Assembly: GCA_040389905.1 (NCBI GenBank)
Contig: JAZJZK010000008.1
Coordinates: 192,001 to 256,000 of the forward strand
From: Gemmatimonadota bacterium
Lineage (GTDB): Bacteria; Gemmatimonadota; Gemmatimonadetes; Gemmatimonadales; Gemmatimonadaceae
DNA: 64,000 nt
Reading direction: 5' to 3'
The notes beneath the pieces are model-generated. The model ran no database searches. It had not been told where the DNA came from and saw nothing but the letters and a program-made list of their open reading frames with translations. Both the position numbers and the translations under genes were made by a program. How positions within the stretch are numbered: position 1 is the first letter of the stretch; each line of letters starts with the position of its first letter. Below are positions 1-9,214 of the stretch, piece by piece.

Positions 1-1
1 C

Positions 2-133
2 CTGTCCGTATTCCCCATCATCAGGGTGGAAAGCGTCGCGGGCTTCGCCCTCAAGATCTCTCTCGTGATCGTGGCGATGAATCTGGTGGGTATTGCCATC
101 CTCCGAGCGGCGCGCCGCCGGATCTCACTGTAG
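2..133 (+). CDS. 3' end of a membrane protein, probably APC-family amino acid permease (partial)
   Basis: Frame 2 reads LSVFPIIRVESVAGFALKISLVIVAMNLVGIAILRAARRRISL-TAG: hydrophobic helices plus a basic tail; truncated by the window edge. Confidence 0.5.
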   Translation: MSVFPIIRVESVAGFALKISLVIVAMNLVGIAILRAARRRISL

Positions 134-154
134 CGCGAGCAGTCATAGCCGACT

Positions 155-634
155 CTATTCGCCGATGTCCTCGTTCCAGAGCGCGGGATGCTGGGCAATG
201 AAGTCTGTCATGAGGCTGATGCAGCGTTCGTCCTGAAGGATTTGTACGTGCACACCGCGTGACCGCAGCAGCTCTTCATCTCCCTGAAATGTCACGTTCT
301 CGCCAACGATGACGTGCGCAATTCCGTAGAGGAGAATTGCTCCCGTACACATCGGGCACGGCGAGAGCGTCGTGTAGAGCGTACACTCGCGGTAGACGGA
401 TGCGCTCTGACGCCCGGCGTTTTCGAGCGCATCCATCTCGCCGTGGAGTACGACGCTGCCCTGTTGCACGCGCTTGTTGTGTCCGCGCCCGAGAATACGC
501 CCCTTGTGCACCAGCACGGAGCCGATCGGAATGCCGCCCTCGCTGACGCCCTGAATGGCTTCGTCGATCGCGGCCTGTAGGAAAGGCGCGCTGACCGGCG
601 GGTGCACGCTGGATGAGTCACGATGATCAGTCAT
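155..634 (-). CDS. Nucleoside/cytosine deaminase (FCY1-like)
   Basis: HGEMDA and SPCPMC zinc motifs, EGGIPIGSVLV, C-terminal WNEDIGE; start placed at ATG 634. Confidence 0.9.
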   Translation of the reverse strand: MTDHRDSSSVHPPVSAPFLQAAIDEAIQGVSEGGIPIGSVLVHKGRILGRGHNKRVQQGSVVLHGEMDALENAGRQSASVYRECTLYTTLSPCPMCTGAILLYGIAHVIVGENVTFQGDEELLRSRGVHVQILQDERCISLMTDFIAQHPALWNEDIGE

Positions 635-703
635 GGGCGCAATGTATTGTGGCTGCGTCGTTCTGTATCTTGGGTGATGTACCCCTGCGAGGCGATCGTC
701 GCA

Positions 704-2137
704 ATGCGCATCTGGCTGCTCACTCTCGTTTTCTTGCAAGCCCCCCTGGCCTCGGCGCAAAGCCCTGCGACACAGCGTGCGGCTCCATCCGCAAGCATCA
801 CCGGTGTCGTTTACGATAGCATTGCACGTAAACCCCTGGCTAGCGCGACCGTGCAACTCGCCGGAATGACCGGTTCGCCACGTTTCGGTGGTGCGACCAT
901 GTCCGATTCCTTGGGGCGTTTCACCTTTGCGAACGTGCCCGACGGCCGGTACACGCTCGGCTTCATCCATCCGGTCCTCGACTCACTCGGGTTGGAACCG
1001 ATCGTGCGAGAGTTCTCGGTGCAGGATCACGCGGCCGTGCGGGCTGACCTGAGCGTCCCCTCTGCGGCGCGCCTTCGCGCGGCCATCTGTGGTCCGGCGT
1101 CATCGGAGTCTGGCGCCGCGCTGGTTGGCATCGTCCGGGATGCCAAGGACGGTTCTCCGTTGCCCGGTGTTGCTGTCACGGGAGAGTGGGTCGAGCTGAC
1201 CTTCACGCCGAGCGGGCTTGTCCGCCGCGTTCCCCGCATGACCAGCACCACGGGAGAGAATGGCTGGTTTGCGATCTGCAACGTTCCGCGACCAGGGTCA
1301 ACGGCCATCACCGCCACTCGCGGCGCCGACAGTACGGACCGCATCGACGTGGAAGTGACGGGCGAGGAATTGGTACGGAGCGAGTTGTATCTCGGTCCGT
1401 CACGCACCCGCGTCGTCGGGGATACCACGACGCGCGCCGATACCGGTGCGCCGGCGCCCCGCCACCTGCGCGTTGGGGACGGGCGTCTGAGTGGCACCGT
1501 GGTCGCCGCCGTGGGCGGAGCGCCACTGACGAACGCCCAGGTCAGCATCGTCGACGGTCCGCAGGCGCGCGCGAACGCTCGCGGGGAGTGGACGATCGCG
1601 GACGCCCCCGCAGGCACTCGGCTACTCGAGGTGCGCGCCGTCGGCTACTACCCCGTACGCCGCCGCGTTGATGTCATCGCGGGTGCGGCTCCCCTGCGCT
1701 TTGCGCTGTCGACGTTCAAGGCGGTGCTCGACACCGTGCGCGTGACGGCACAGCGCAACGTCAATACAGAGTTCGCGGGTTTCGAACAGCGGCGTCGCAG
1801 TAACGGCTCGGGTCGGTTCCTCACGTCGGACGACATCGCGCGGCGCGGCGCGATCTTCACATCCGACATCTTCAAGACAGTCCCCGGACTGAAGGTCTGG
1901 CGCGACAGCCTCGGCGAGAATGCCATCCTTATGCGCAGTGCCTTTGGCGACCCCTGTAGCCCGTCGATCTACGTGGACGGGCACGTCGTTCCGGGGATGT
2001 CCGGAGGCGATCTCGATGCGATCGCGGAGCCCAAGCGCGTCGCTGGTATCGAGGTCTATGACGAAGCCAATGTTCCGCCGCTGTATACGACAGGAATGAC
2101 CGGCTGCGGCAGCATTGTCATCTGGCTCAAGCCCTAA
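704..2137 (+). CDS. Secreted protein with carboxypeptidase-regulatory-like repeats and a C-terminal TonB plug-like domain
   Basis: Signal peptide MRIWLL..ASAQ; three GxVxD..PLxxAxV beta-sandwich repeats; LDTVRVTA, GRFLTSDDI, IEVY, GCGSIVIW. Confidence 0.75.
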   Translation: MRIWLLTLVFLQAPLASAQSPATQRAAPSASITGVVYDSIARKPLASATVQLAGMTGSPRFGGATMSDSLGRFTFANVPDGRYTLGFIHPVLDSLGLEPIVREFSVQDHAAVRADLSVPSAARLRAAICGPASSESGAALVGIVRDAKDGSPLPGVAVTGEWVELTFTPSGLVRRVPRMTSTTGENGWFAICNVPRPGSTAITATRGADSTDRIDVEVTGEELVRSELYLGPSRTRVVGDTTTRADTGAPAPRHLRVGDGRLSGTVVAAVGGAPLTNAQVSIVDGPQARANARGEWTIADAPAGTRLLEVRAVGYYPVRRRVDVIAGAAPLRFALSTFKAVLDTVRVTAQRNVNTEFAGFEQRRRSNGSGRFLTSDDIARRGAIFTSDIFKTVPGLKVWRDSLGENAILMRSAFGDPCSPSIYVDGHVVPGMSGGDLDAIAEPKRVAGIEVYDEANVPPLYTTGMTGCGSIVIWLKP

Positions 2138-2228
2138 CGACGCACTTTGCGACGCCCGAACTCCACTGTCGGCGGCAACGCGAAGCGGAGCACGGCGCTG
2201 CCGCGTGGCAAGGAGAATGAGTTGCCCG

Positions 2229-3098
2229 TCACGCTCGAGTCACGGCGATGTACAGGGCGTCATGGAAATTCCTGCCGGTTACGCGATGCACGCCTCGCAT
2301 GAAATGGTAATAGCCGCGGTGCACCCACCGTGACCAGCCAGCGTCGACAAAACACGGATCGAGATCTTCGCGAACAACGCCGAGCCCCTTGCCCTCGAGC
2401 CAGCGGCGCATCGTCGCGGCGGAGAAATGCAGAAGATGAATTTCGGGAAGCGTGCCGTCCAATGTCACTTTCGGAAGGCCGTACGCCCCCAGCCGTGGAA
2501 CCGTTCGCGAACCCAACCGCACGAGGACGGAGTTGAGCATCCGCCGGAGGTAGGCGTGAAGTTCGTTCGGCACCGCGATCACGAGAACGCCATCCGGCTT
2601 GAGCAGGCGCACGCAGTGATCGATCACGGTATTGGGGTCGTGGACGTGCTCCAACACGTGGGTGATGGTGATGAGATCGAAACGTCGCGTGCCAAAATCA
2701 AGGTGCTCGATCGGTCCCTTCATGATGTCCAGTCCATACTCATCATGGGCCAACGCGCACGCTGACTCAGACACCTCGGTGCCGGTCACCTGATAGTGCG
2801 CGGACGCCAATGCCAGGAATTGCCCGATGCCCGTGCCGACGTCGAGCAGCTCCCCCGAGCTCTTCAAGTGGCGGATCATGCGAAGGCGCCGATGCCACAT
2901 TCGGTCGCGGCCATTCCTGTCCGCGAGCCATGTGTCATACTTACCTTCCCGCGAGTAGTAGCGAACGATCTCGTCGCGCGTCGGTCGTGGATTCGCGAAC
3001 ACGAGCCTACAGTCGCGACAGCGACAAATATTGGTCGTGGCATCTGCCACGACGAGCGCAGGGCTGAGGCAAAGCGGGCACTGTGTGAGCGATTCCAT
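2229..3098 (-). CDS. Class I SAM-dependent methyltransferase with N-terminal Zn-binding CxxC pairs
   Basis: CPLC/CRDC; LLDVGTGIG motif I; FDLITITHVLEHVHDP; LLKPDGVL. Confidence 0.9.
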   Translation of the reverse strand: MESLTQCPLCLSPALVVADATTNICRCRDCRLVFANPRPTRDEIVRYYSREGKYDTWLADRNGRDRMWHRRLRMIRHLKSSGELLDVGTGIGQFLALASAHYQVTGTEVSESACALAHDEYGLDIMKGPIEHLDFGTRRFDLITITHVLEHVHDPNTVIDHCVRLLKPDGVLVIAVPNELHAYLRRMLNSVLVRLGSRTVPRLGAYGLPKVTLDGTLPEIHLLHFSAATMRRWLEGKGLGVVREDLDPCFVDAGWSRWVHRGYYHFMRGVHRVTGRNFHDALYIAVTRA

Positions 3099-3146
3099 GG
3101 GCGCGAGCTGGACTGTTCGCTGCGGACCTCCATCTTACGGAGCGGA

Positions 3147-4313
3147 ATGACGCAAATACAGGAGCGGTCCAGACCAAGACGGCGGCTGAAGATCGCACTC
3201 GATCTCACCTGTTTGCTGCCGGTGGAAACCGGTGTCGACCGCTTCGTGCTGAACCTCATCGGAGGGTTGAGCAGCTCCGAGACTGATAACGACTACGTCG
3301 TAGTCCTCAATCGCGGCGATGAAGAGCGGTTGCCGCCCGTAGACTCGGCTCGTTGGACCATCGTACCAGTCGACGCACGAAACCGGGCGAGTCGGCTGTT
3401 CTACCAACAGGCGTGGATCGCACGTCGCGCTCGGCGGGAAGGTGCGAATCTCCTGCATTCCCTCTCATTTCTGGCACCGTTGCGTTCGCGTGGCTTGAAA
3501 CAGCTGCTCACCGTCCACGACATGACCTTCTTTACGCGCCCGGAGCTGCACACGCGACTGCATCGCAGCGTGCCGTTTCGGTGGCTGGTGTCGCGCAGCA
3601 TCGACGCGGTGGATCATGTCATGGTTCCGACGCGCAGCGTGCGCGAAGATCTGCTGCGCTTGCATCCAGGGCGAGCGTCATCGACCGTGAGCGTGAACGC
3701 GCACGGTGTCGACCCGAGATTCGTCCCTGCATCGGCCGCAGATGTGCGTCGAACGCTCGACCGGCTGCGGTTGCCGAGTGACTACATTCTTTTCGTCGGA
3801 ACCCTGGGGCCGCGAAAGAACCTCGATCGGCTCGTGGAGGCGTGCAAGCAGTTATGGCGCGATGGGTTCGCACACGATCTTGTACTGGCGGGCCAATGGG
3901 GTGACGGTATGGACAGCCTGCGGCGGGCAATCGGTGACCCTCGGTATTCCGGACGCGTCCACACAACGGGTTACCTCTCGCAGGCCGACCTCGCGCATGT
4001 CTACGCTGGCGCGCGAGTCTTTACCTTTCCGTCGCTCGACGAAGGATTCGGCCTTCCTCCACTGGAGGCGATGGCGATCGGAGTGCCCGTCATCGCGGCG
4101 AACTGCTCCGCGTTGAGCGAAGTGTACGGCTCGACCGCGGTAATGGTCGACGCTGACAACAGCGGTGAACTGGCTGCGGCAATCCAACGCCTGTCAATTG
4201 ATGAGGGCCTTCGCGCGCAGAAGACGCGGCTCGGAGCGGCGCTGGCGTCCGAGTTGTCCTGGCAGCGGACCGCGCGGAGGACACTCGACACATACGAGGC
4301 GATCTGTGAGTGA
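3147..4313 (+). CDS. Glycosyltransferase family 4
   Basis: TVHD, FVGTLGPRKN, FPSLDEGFGLPPLEAMA GT-B signature. Confidence 0.92.
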   Translation: MTQIQERSRPRRRLKIALDLTCLLPVETGVDRFVLNLIGGLSSSETDNDYVVVLNRGDEERLPPVDSARWTIVPVDARNRASRLFYQQAWIARRARREGANLLHSLSFLAPLRSRGLKQLLTVHDMTFFTRPELHTRLHRSVPFRWLVSRSIDAVDHVMVPTRSVREDLLRLHPGRASSTVSVNAHGVDPRFVPASAADVRRTLDRLRLPSDYILFVGTLGPRKNLDRLVEACKQLWRDGFAHDLVLAGQWGDGMDSLRRAIGDPRYSGRVHTTGYLSQADLAHVYAGARVFTFPSLDEGFGLPPLEAMAIGVPVIAANCSALSEVYGSTAVMVDADNSGELAAAIQRLSIDEGLRAQKTRLGAALASELSWQRTARRTLDTYEAICE

Positions 4314-5226
4314 GCCCGGAGCCGATTTCGCCGCAGGTCCCGAACTGTCGATTGTCATCGCCTCGGTGGCGCCGTGGCCGGCGCTTCGCGTTGCGCTCGA
4401 TTCCCTGCGCGACCAGGTCGCGGGACGCAACATCGAAGTGCTCGTCGGATGTGCGCACGCGCAGGCACTCGACCAACAGTACGCCGAGTCGTTCCAGGGG
4501 TTGACGCAGTTCCACGAGCCGGGCGCGTCTGTGTTCTGGCTGCGAACCGAAGGCATCTCGCGCGCCCGGGGTTCCATCATCGCAATCACCGAAGACCACT
4601 GCGTGGCCGCTCCAGACTGGTGCGAGCAGATTCTGGCAGCGCATGCGCGTCATCCCGAATTCTCGTTCATCGGTGGAAGCCTCGACAATGGGTCGCCCGA
4701 TACGCTGATTGATTGGGCGAACTATTTCGTCGGCAATCCGCGCTTCATGCCCCCTGTGCACCGTGGAGAAGCCACGTCGCTGGCGATGCAAGCGAACGTC
4801 GCGTTCAAGGCGCGGGCGAAGCCACCCGTCGGATCGGCGCTGGGTAACATGGAGTTTCTTCTGGTGGACGGGCTGGCCAAGAAGGGCGAGCGATTCTATC
4901 TCGAACCATCCATTCGCGTATTGCACCAACAGTCGCATGGCTTCTGGAACACCTTCATCATCCATTTTCATTCAGGCCGCTCCATTGCCGGTTTTCGCCG
5001 CGAGATGCTCTCGCCGGTTCAGCGTGTCGCACGTGTGGCGACCACGCCGATCCTTCCGGTGTGGTTGGTGTCTCGAGCGTGGGGCTACGTGATTCAAAAA
5101 CGGCGTCGGCGGCTGTTGGCGCTTGCCGCGACACCGTTCATGATCGGGATTGGACTCTGCCATGCTGTCGGCGAAGTATCCGGATACCTGCTCGGTCCGG
5201 GAGACAGTCCATCACGGATACCCTGA
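4306..5226 (+). CDS. Glycosyltransferase family 2-like protein
   Basis: LSIVIAS, ARGSIIAITEDHC (DxD-equivalent), C-terminal hydrophobic helices; GTG start overlapping the upstream stop. Confidence 0.8.
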   Translation: MSEPGADFAAGPELSIVIASVAPWPALRVALDSLRDQVAGRNIEVLVGCAHAQALDQQYAESFQGLTQFHEPGASVFWLRTEGISRARGSIIAITEDHCVAAPDWCEQILAAHARHPEFSFIGGSLDNGSPDTLIDWANYFVGNPRFMPPVHRGEATSLAMQANVAFKARAKPPVGSALGNMEFLLVDGLAKKGERFYLEPSIRVLHQQSHGFWNTFIIHFHSGRSIAGFRREMLSPVQRVARVATTPILPVWLVSRAWGYVIQKRRRRLLALAATPFMIGIGLCHAVGEVSGYLLGPGDSPSRIP

Positions 5227-5273
5227 ACATCTCCGCCCTGCATCGCGTCGGACGCCGCCTCGTTTCGCCGAGC

Positions 5274-6350
5274 GTGCGTTGGGCGATCTTCTCCACCGTT
5301 CTGCGTTTCAGGCCTATCCGGCCTGGCGGCGCGCCAGATCTGCCCGACGCGCCGATTTTCGTCGCGGGATTCTTCTCTCGCATCTCGGGCGTCGCGAGCA
5401 TGGCACGGCTCATCGCCGACGACCACGAACGGGCAGGCCGACGCGTGATCCGCATCGATCTTGGTGCCGTGCTGGACCACGGCCGGCCCCTTCCCGAGGC
5501 GCCGCCGAGCCGAACACCTGGCGGCGTGCGCAGCGATGGTGCGTTGCGCGGCGCGGGGACGGTCTTTGTCGTCATGGACGCACCGTATTCTCCACTCCCA
5601 CTCTGGCTCTTGGGAGCCGCCGTCCGCCGTGGAAAGCGGCTCATTGCACTCTGGTTTTGGGAGTTGGAGGATATGCCTTCATCGTGGCGCTGGAGCGCGC
5701 GTTGCTTCGACGAGATCCAAACGTTCAGCGAATTCAATTTCGAAGCGGCGCGCAAGCTCACGCATCGCGCCCGCCTGATGCCGGTGCCGCGTGTACCTCC
5801 CGCTCCGCGCAGGAGGCGATTCGCAGAAGACACGCTCCGCGTGCTGTCACTGTTCAACATGTCCGCCAACTTCGCGCGCAAGAACCCGGAGGGCGCCATC
5901 GCCGCCTTTCAGCGCGCATTCGGCGCGAGCGACCGGCATCAACTCGTGCTCAAGGTGACCGAGGGTGATCTCTTCCCAGAAGGACTGGATCGGCTGCGCG
6001 ATGCAGCGGCAGGCGCGCCCAATATCGAGCTCATTGAAGATGCGTGCTCCGAACAGGAAATGTTCGAGATGTTCGAGCGCGCCGACGTCTATCTCTCTCT
6101 GCATCGGTCAGAGGGACTCGGCGAGCCGCTCCTTCGTGCGGTCGGGCTCGGGATGCACGTCGTAGCGACGGGATGGTCGGGCAACGTCGACTTCATGCGA
6201 GGGCGCGACCGGTGCGCGCTCGTTCCATTCACACTCGTGCCGGTGGATGATCCGCAGCGCATGTATCCAACGTCCAGCCGTTGGGCCGAGCCGGACATCG
6301 ACGCGGCTGCTGACATCCTGCGCCGGATTGCCGAAGAGCACCGAGCTTGA
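5274..6350 (+). CDS. Glycosyltransferase family 4 (start uncertain, ORF open from 5061)
   Basis: WFWELE, RKNPEGAIAAFQRAF, DVYLSLHRSEGLG, VATGWSGNVDFM, WAEPD. Confidence 0.85.
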   Translation: MRWAIFSTVLRFRPIRPGGAPDLPDAPIFVAGFFSRISGVASMARLIADDHERAGRRVIRIDLGAVLDHGRPLPEAPPSRTPGGVRSDGALRGAGTVFVVMDAPYSPLPLWLLGAAVRRGKRLIALWFWELEDMPSSWRWSARCFDEIQTFSEFNFEAARKLTHRARLMPVPRVPPAPRRRRFAEDTLRVLSLFNMSANFARKNPEGAIAAFQRAFGASDRHQLVLKVTEGDLFPEGLDRLRDAAAGAPNIELIEDACSEQEMFEMFERADVYLSLHRSEGLGEPLLRAVGLGMHVVATGWSGNVDFMRGRDRCALVPFTLVPVDDPQRMYPTSSRWAEPDIDAAADILRRIAEEHRA

Positions 6351-6383
6351 CCGCTGGCGCGACGCGGGGCAGCATTCCATGCA

Positions 6384-7205
6384 ATGGCAACGCGCTTCCG
6401 GGTTCTCACGCTTTTGCTGGTTGTGGCAAGCCTCGCCGCGACGTCGTCCGCAACCGCTCAACGCCGTGGATTCGGCGGCGCGTGCAGCTATAGCTACGAC
6501 GCGCAGAACTACTTCGTCTCGCCCTTTTTCCGTGGCAACCCTGGCTACGACGGGCGCGTGACCTTTGCGCGTATCAAGTATCAGGGATCGTACGAATGTG
6601 GCGGCGAAGGGCCAGGATGGTCGCACGACTATCCGCGCACGGAGGCGAACTTCATGCGCATCGTCCGCGAGCTGACGTCGATGCGGCCCTTCATCGAGCG
6701 CGGGCCGATCGTCGGAAGCGCGCTGGTCCGGCTCGACGACCCTGAGATCTTCTCGTATCCGATCGCGTATCTCTCCGAGCCGGGCGGCTGGATGATGAGC
6801 GACGCTGAGATCCGCGGGCTTCAGCGGTACATCAAGCAGGGCGGCTTCATCATCTTCGACGACATCGAGGGCGACCCGAATCCGGATTACCGCAATCTCA
6901 TTGCGCAGTGGCGTCGCGCATTTCCGAATTCGGTGCCGGTGAAGCTCACGAACGAGCACCCGATCTTCAACACGTTTTTTGCCGTGGACCTGTCGAAGAT
7001 CCCGAGCAAGGCCCGCCGCGTGCCTGCGGAATACATGGGGATCTTCGAGGACAACGATCCGAAGAAGCGGATGGTTGCCATCATCGATAACTACGCCGAT
7101 ATCGGCGAGTACATCGAGTTCTCGGATGAGGGGTTCAACATGGTCCCGGCGAACGAGGCCTACAAGTTGTGGGTCAACTACTTCGTCTACGCGTTGACGC
7201 ACTGA
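6384..7205 (+). CDS. DUF4159 domain-containing secreted protein
   Basis: Signal peptide; FARIKY, WSHDYP, YPIAYLSEPG, YIKQGGFIIFDD, HPIF, C-terminal NYFVYALTH. Confidence 0.85.
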   Translation: MATRFRVLTLLLVVASLAATSSATAQRRGFGGACSYSYDAQNYFVSPFFRGNPGYDGRVTFARIKYQGSYECGGEGPGWSHDYPRTEANFMRIVRELTSMRPFIERGPIVGSALVRLDDPEIFSYPIAYLSEPGGWMMSDAEIRGLQRYIKQGGFIIFDDIEGDPNPDYRNLIAQWRRAFPNSVPVKLTNEHPIFNTFFAVDLSKIPSKARRVPAEYMGIFEDNDPKKRMVAIIDNYADIGEYIEFSDEGFNMVPANEAYKLWVNYFVYALTH

Positions 7206-7557
7206 CGGGCGGCATCATGCAGCGCCGCCCTTCTTCGAGCAGCACGCGGAGGTCTGCCACCGTCACCGCCTTGAGCCGAACGAGCACCGCCGGAAAGCCA
7301 TTGTAGTGCGGCTCGGTGAAGAACTTGTCCGGCTCAGCGGCGATCATCAGATCCCGTTGTGCGACGTTCGCCACCCGAATGGCGAGCACTCCGGGATTCG
7401 GCACGCGCGGCTTCTTGAGCGTGACGCGCTCCATCCAGACCCACGCGTAGCCCTTGAGTTTTCCCTTGACGGGAACGGAAAACGCGAAGTGGTTCTCGCC
7501 TTCGACGGTGTCGGGGAGCGCGAGCGCAATTCGGCGTACGTCAGCTTGAGTGGCCAT
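7174..7557 (-). CDS. MmcQ/YjbR family protein
   Basis: DVRRIALALP, FFTEPHYNGFPAVLVRL; 3' end overlaps the convergent DUF4159 gene. Confidence 0.85.
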   Translation of the reverse strand: MATQADVRRIALALPDTVEGENHFAFSVPVKGKLKGYAWVWMERVTLKKPRVPNPGVLAIRVANVAQRDLMIAAEPDKFFTEPHYNGFPAVLVRLKAVTVADLRVLLEEGRRCMMPPVSASTRRRSS

Positions 7558-7679
7558 GACGATGCAGTGTAAGAGATGCGTCCGCGATGCGGCACCAGCG
7601 CGGAGCCTTGCGGTTGGCTCGTGAACGGTCATCTTCGCGGCTTCGACTTCCAATTCCAAGGGACCCAAGAGGAGAGTGC

Positions 7680-8408
7680 ATGAAGAACCCGTTTGTCAGC
7701 CAGGTCGTACTGTACGCGTTCAATTTTGCTCCGCGAGGTTGGTCGCTCTGCGACGGCACCCTCATGACGCCGAGCCAGAACTATGCGTTGTTCGCAATCC
7801 TTGGAACGAGGTTCGGCGGGCAGGACGTCAGCAGCTTTGCGTTGCCCGACTACCGTGGCGCGGCACCCGCTGGGCTGACGTACTGCATCGCGCTCGAAGG
7901 CGCATTTCCGGCGCGGGACAGCATGCAGGGCGATCCGGTCGTCGGCGAGATCTCTCTATTGCCCACGAATTTCGTCCTCGCCGAAAACGTCGAATGCAAT
8001 GGTCAACTGCTCGAGCTCTGGACCTATGGGCCCTATCAGCGCCTGTTTTCAGTCGTGGGGACGCGCTTCGGCGGCGACGGCACGAAGAACTTCGGCGTGC
8101 CGAATCTCAAGGCGCTCGCGCCACAGGGATCTGCGTATTACATCGCGACCAAAGGCCCGATGCCCAAGCTTGTTGAGCCATTCATTGGTGAGGTGCGCAT
8201 CTTCCCCGGTATGGACGTCCCCAACGATTGGCTGCCGTGCAGTGGACAGACGCTGCCGATTCGCGGTCATCAGGAGCTGTATTCACTGATCGGCGACCGG
8301 TTCGGGGGTGACCAGACGCAATTCACACTACCCAATCTCAAACAACTCGCGCCCGCCGGCACGCAGTTCTGCATTGCGTCGGCGGGAGCGTATCCGCAGC
8401 GGGCGTAG
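7680..8408 (+). CDS. Tail-collar domain protein with three tandem mini collar domains (MdpB-like)
   Basis: Three repeats of PFxGE/Q..W.xCxG..LFxxxGTRFGG..FxLP..CIA..G.xP; GGAGAG SD upstream. Confidence 0.85.
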   Translation: MKNPFVSQVVLYAFNFAPRGWSLCDGTLMTPSQNYALFAILGTRFGGQDVSSFALPDYRGAAPAGLTYCIALEGAFPARDSMQGDPVVGEISLLPTNFVLAENVECNGQLLELWTYGPYQRLFSVVGTRFGGDGTKNFGVPNLKALAPQGSAYYIATKGPMPKLVEPFIGEVRIFPGMDVPNDWLPCSGQTLPIRGHQELYSLIGDRFGGDQTQFTLPNLKQLAPAGTQFCIASAGAYPQRA

Positions 8409-8523
8409 TCGCCGAGGGCGAGTATGCATTTTTCAGCTCGACAAGAGCCTCACGCAGAGGTCGCAGAGAAAAGAAACAGCGAGAGGCTCGTGCCGAGCCA
8501 AGGAATCCAGCGCCTGCGACCAC

Positions 8524-8976
8524 TCAACTGGCCGATGCTGCCCGTTCCAATTCGGCGATGTCGATCTTCCCCATCCCGAGCATCGCGTTCATGGCTCGGT
8601 TGGCCTTGTTGCGATCGGAATCCTGAAGCAGGGTCGGCAGGATCGACGGGATGATCTGCCAGGAGAGTCCGAAGCGATCCGTGAGCCATCCGCAGCGACT
8701 TTCCGCGCCGCCGTCGACGAGCTGGGACCAGAGCCGGTCGACTTCTTCCTGCGTCTCGCAGTTCACATAGAGGGAGACGGCGGGGGATAGCGCGTGGTGG
8801 GGACCACCGTTGAAAAGGATCAGCTGCTGCCCCTCGATTTCGAGCGTTGCGCTCATCAAGCCGTCCGGTCCGGGCGACGTACCCAGCACCTTCAAGGATG
8901 GGAACACCGTCGTGTAGAGCGTCACTGCCTCCTGAATCCGGCCATTGTACCACAGGAACGGGGTAATCTTGTGCAT
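8524..8976 (-). CDS. VOC family protein (3-demethylubiquinone-9 3-methyltransferase/PhnB-like)
   Basis: KITPFLW, NGGP, CETQEEVDRLW, CGWLTDRFGLSWQI, MGKIDIAEL. Confidence 0.92.
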   Translation of the reverse strand: MHKITPFLWYNGRIQEAVTLYTTVFPSLKVLGTSPGPDGLMSATLEIEGQQLILFNGGPHHALSPAVSLYVNCETQEEVDRLWSQLVDGGAESRCGWLTDRFGLSWQIIPSILPTLLQDSDRNKANRAMNAMLGMGKIDIAELERAASAS

Positions 8977-9214
8977 GGTTTTTCTCCGGGTAGTGGCACC
9001 GATGTAGTGCCTGTACACTGAGTCGGAGCCGATTCGGGAATCTCTACATCGGGGTTCTGGATGGACACGCGCCCGAGTGCCGTGGTAGTGTAGTAGTTGA
9101 AGGACAGGCAGTATCTGGACGGCCGATGGAGCGGAGGCGGGCAAAATCTTCGCAAGGTGCCGATGCTATGATGAAGTTGCCCTCGCCACTCGTGCCGCCG
9201 TCAAGTTTCGGACA

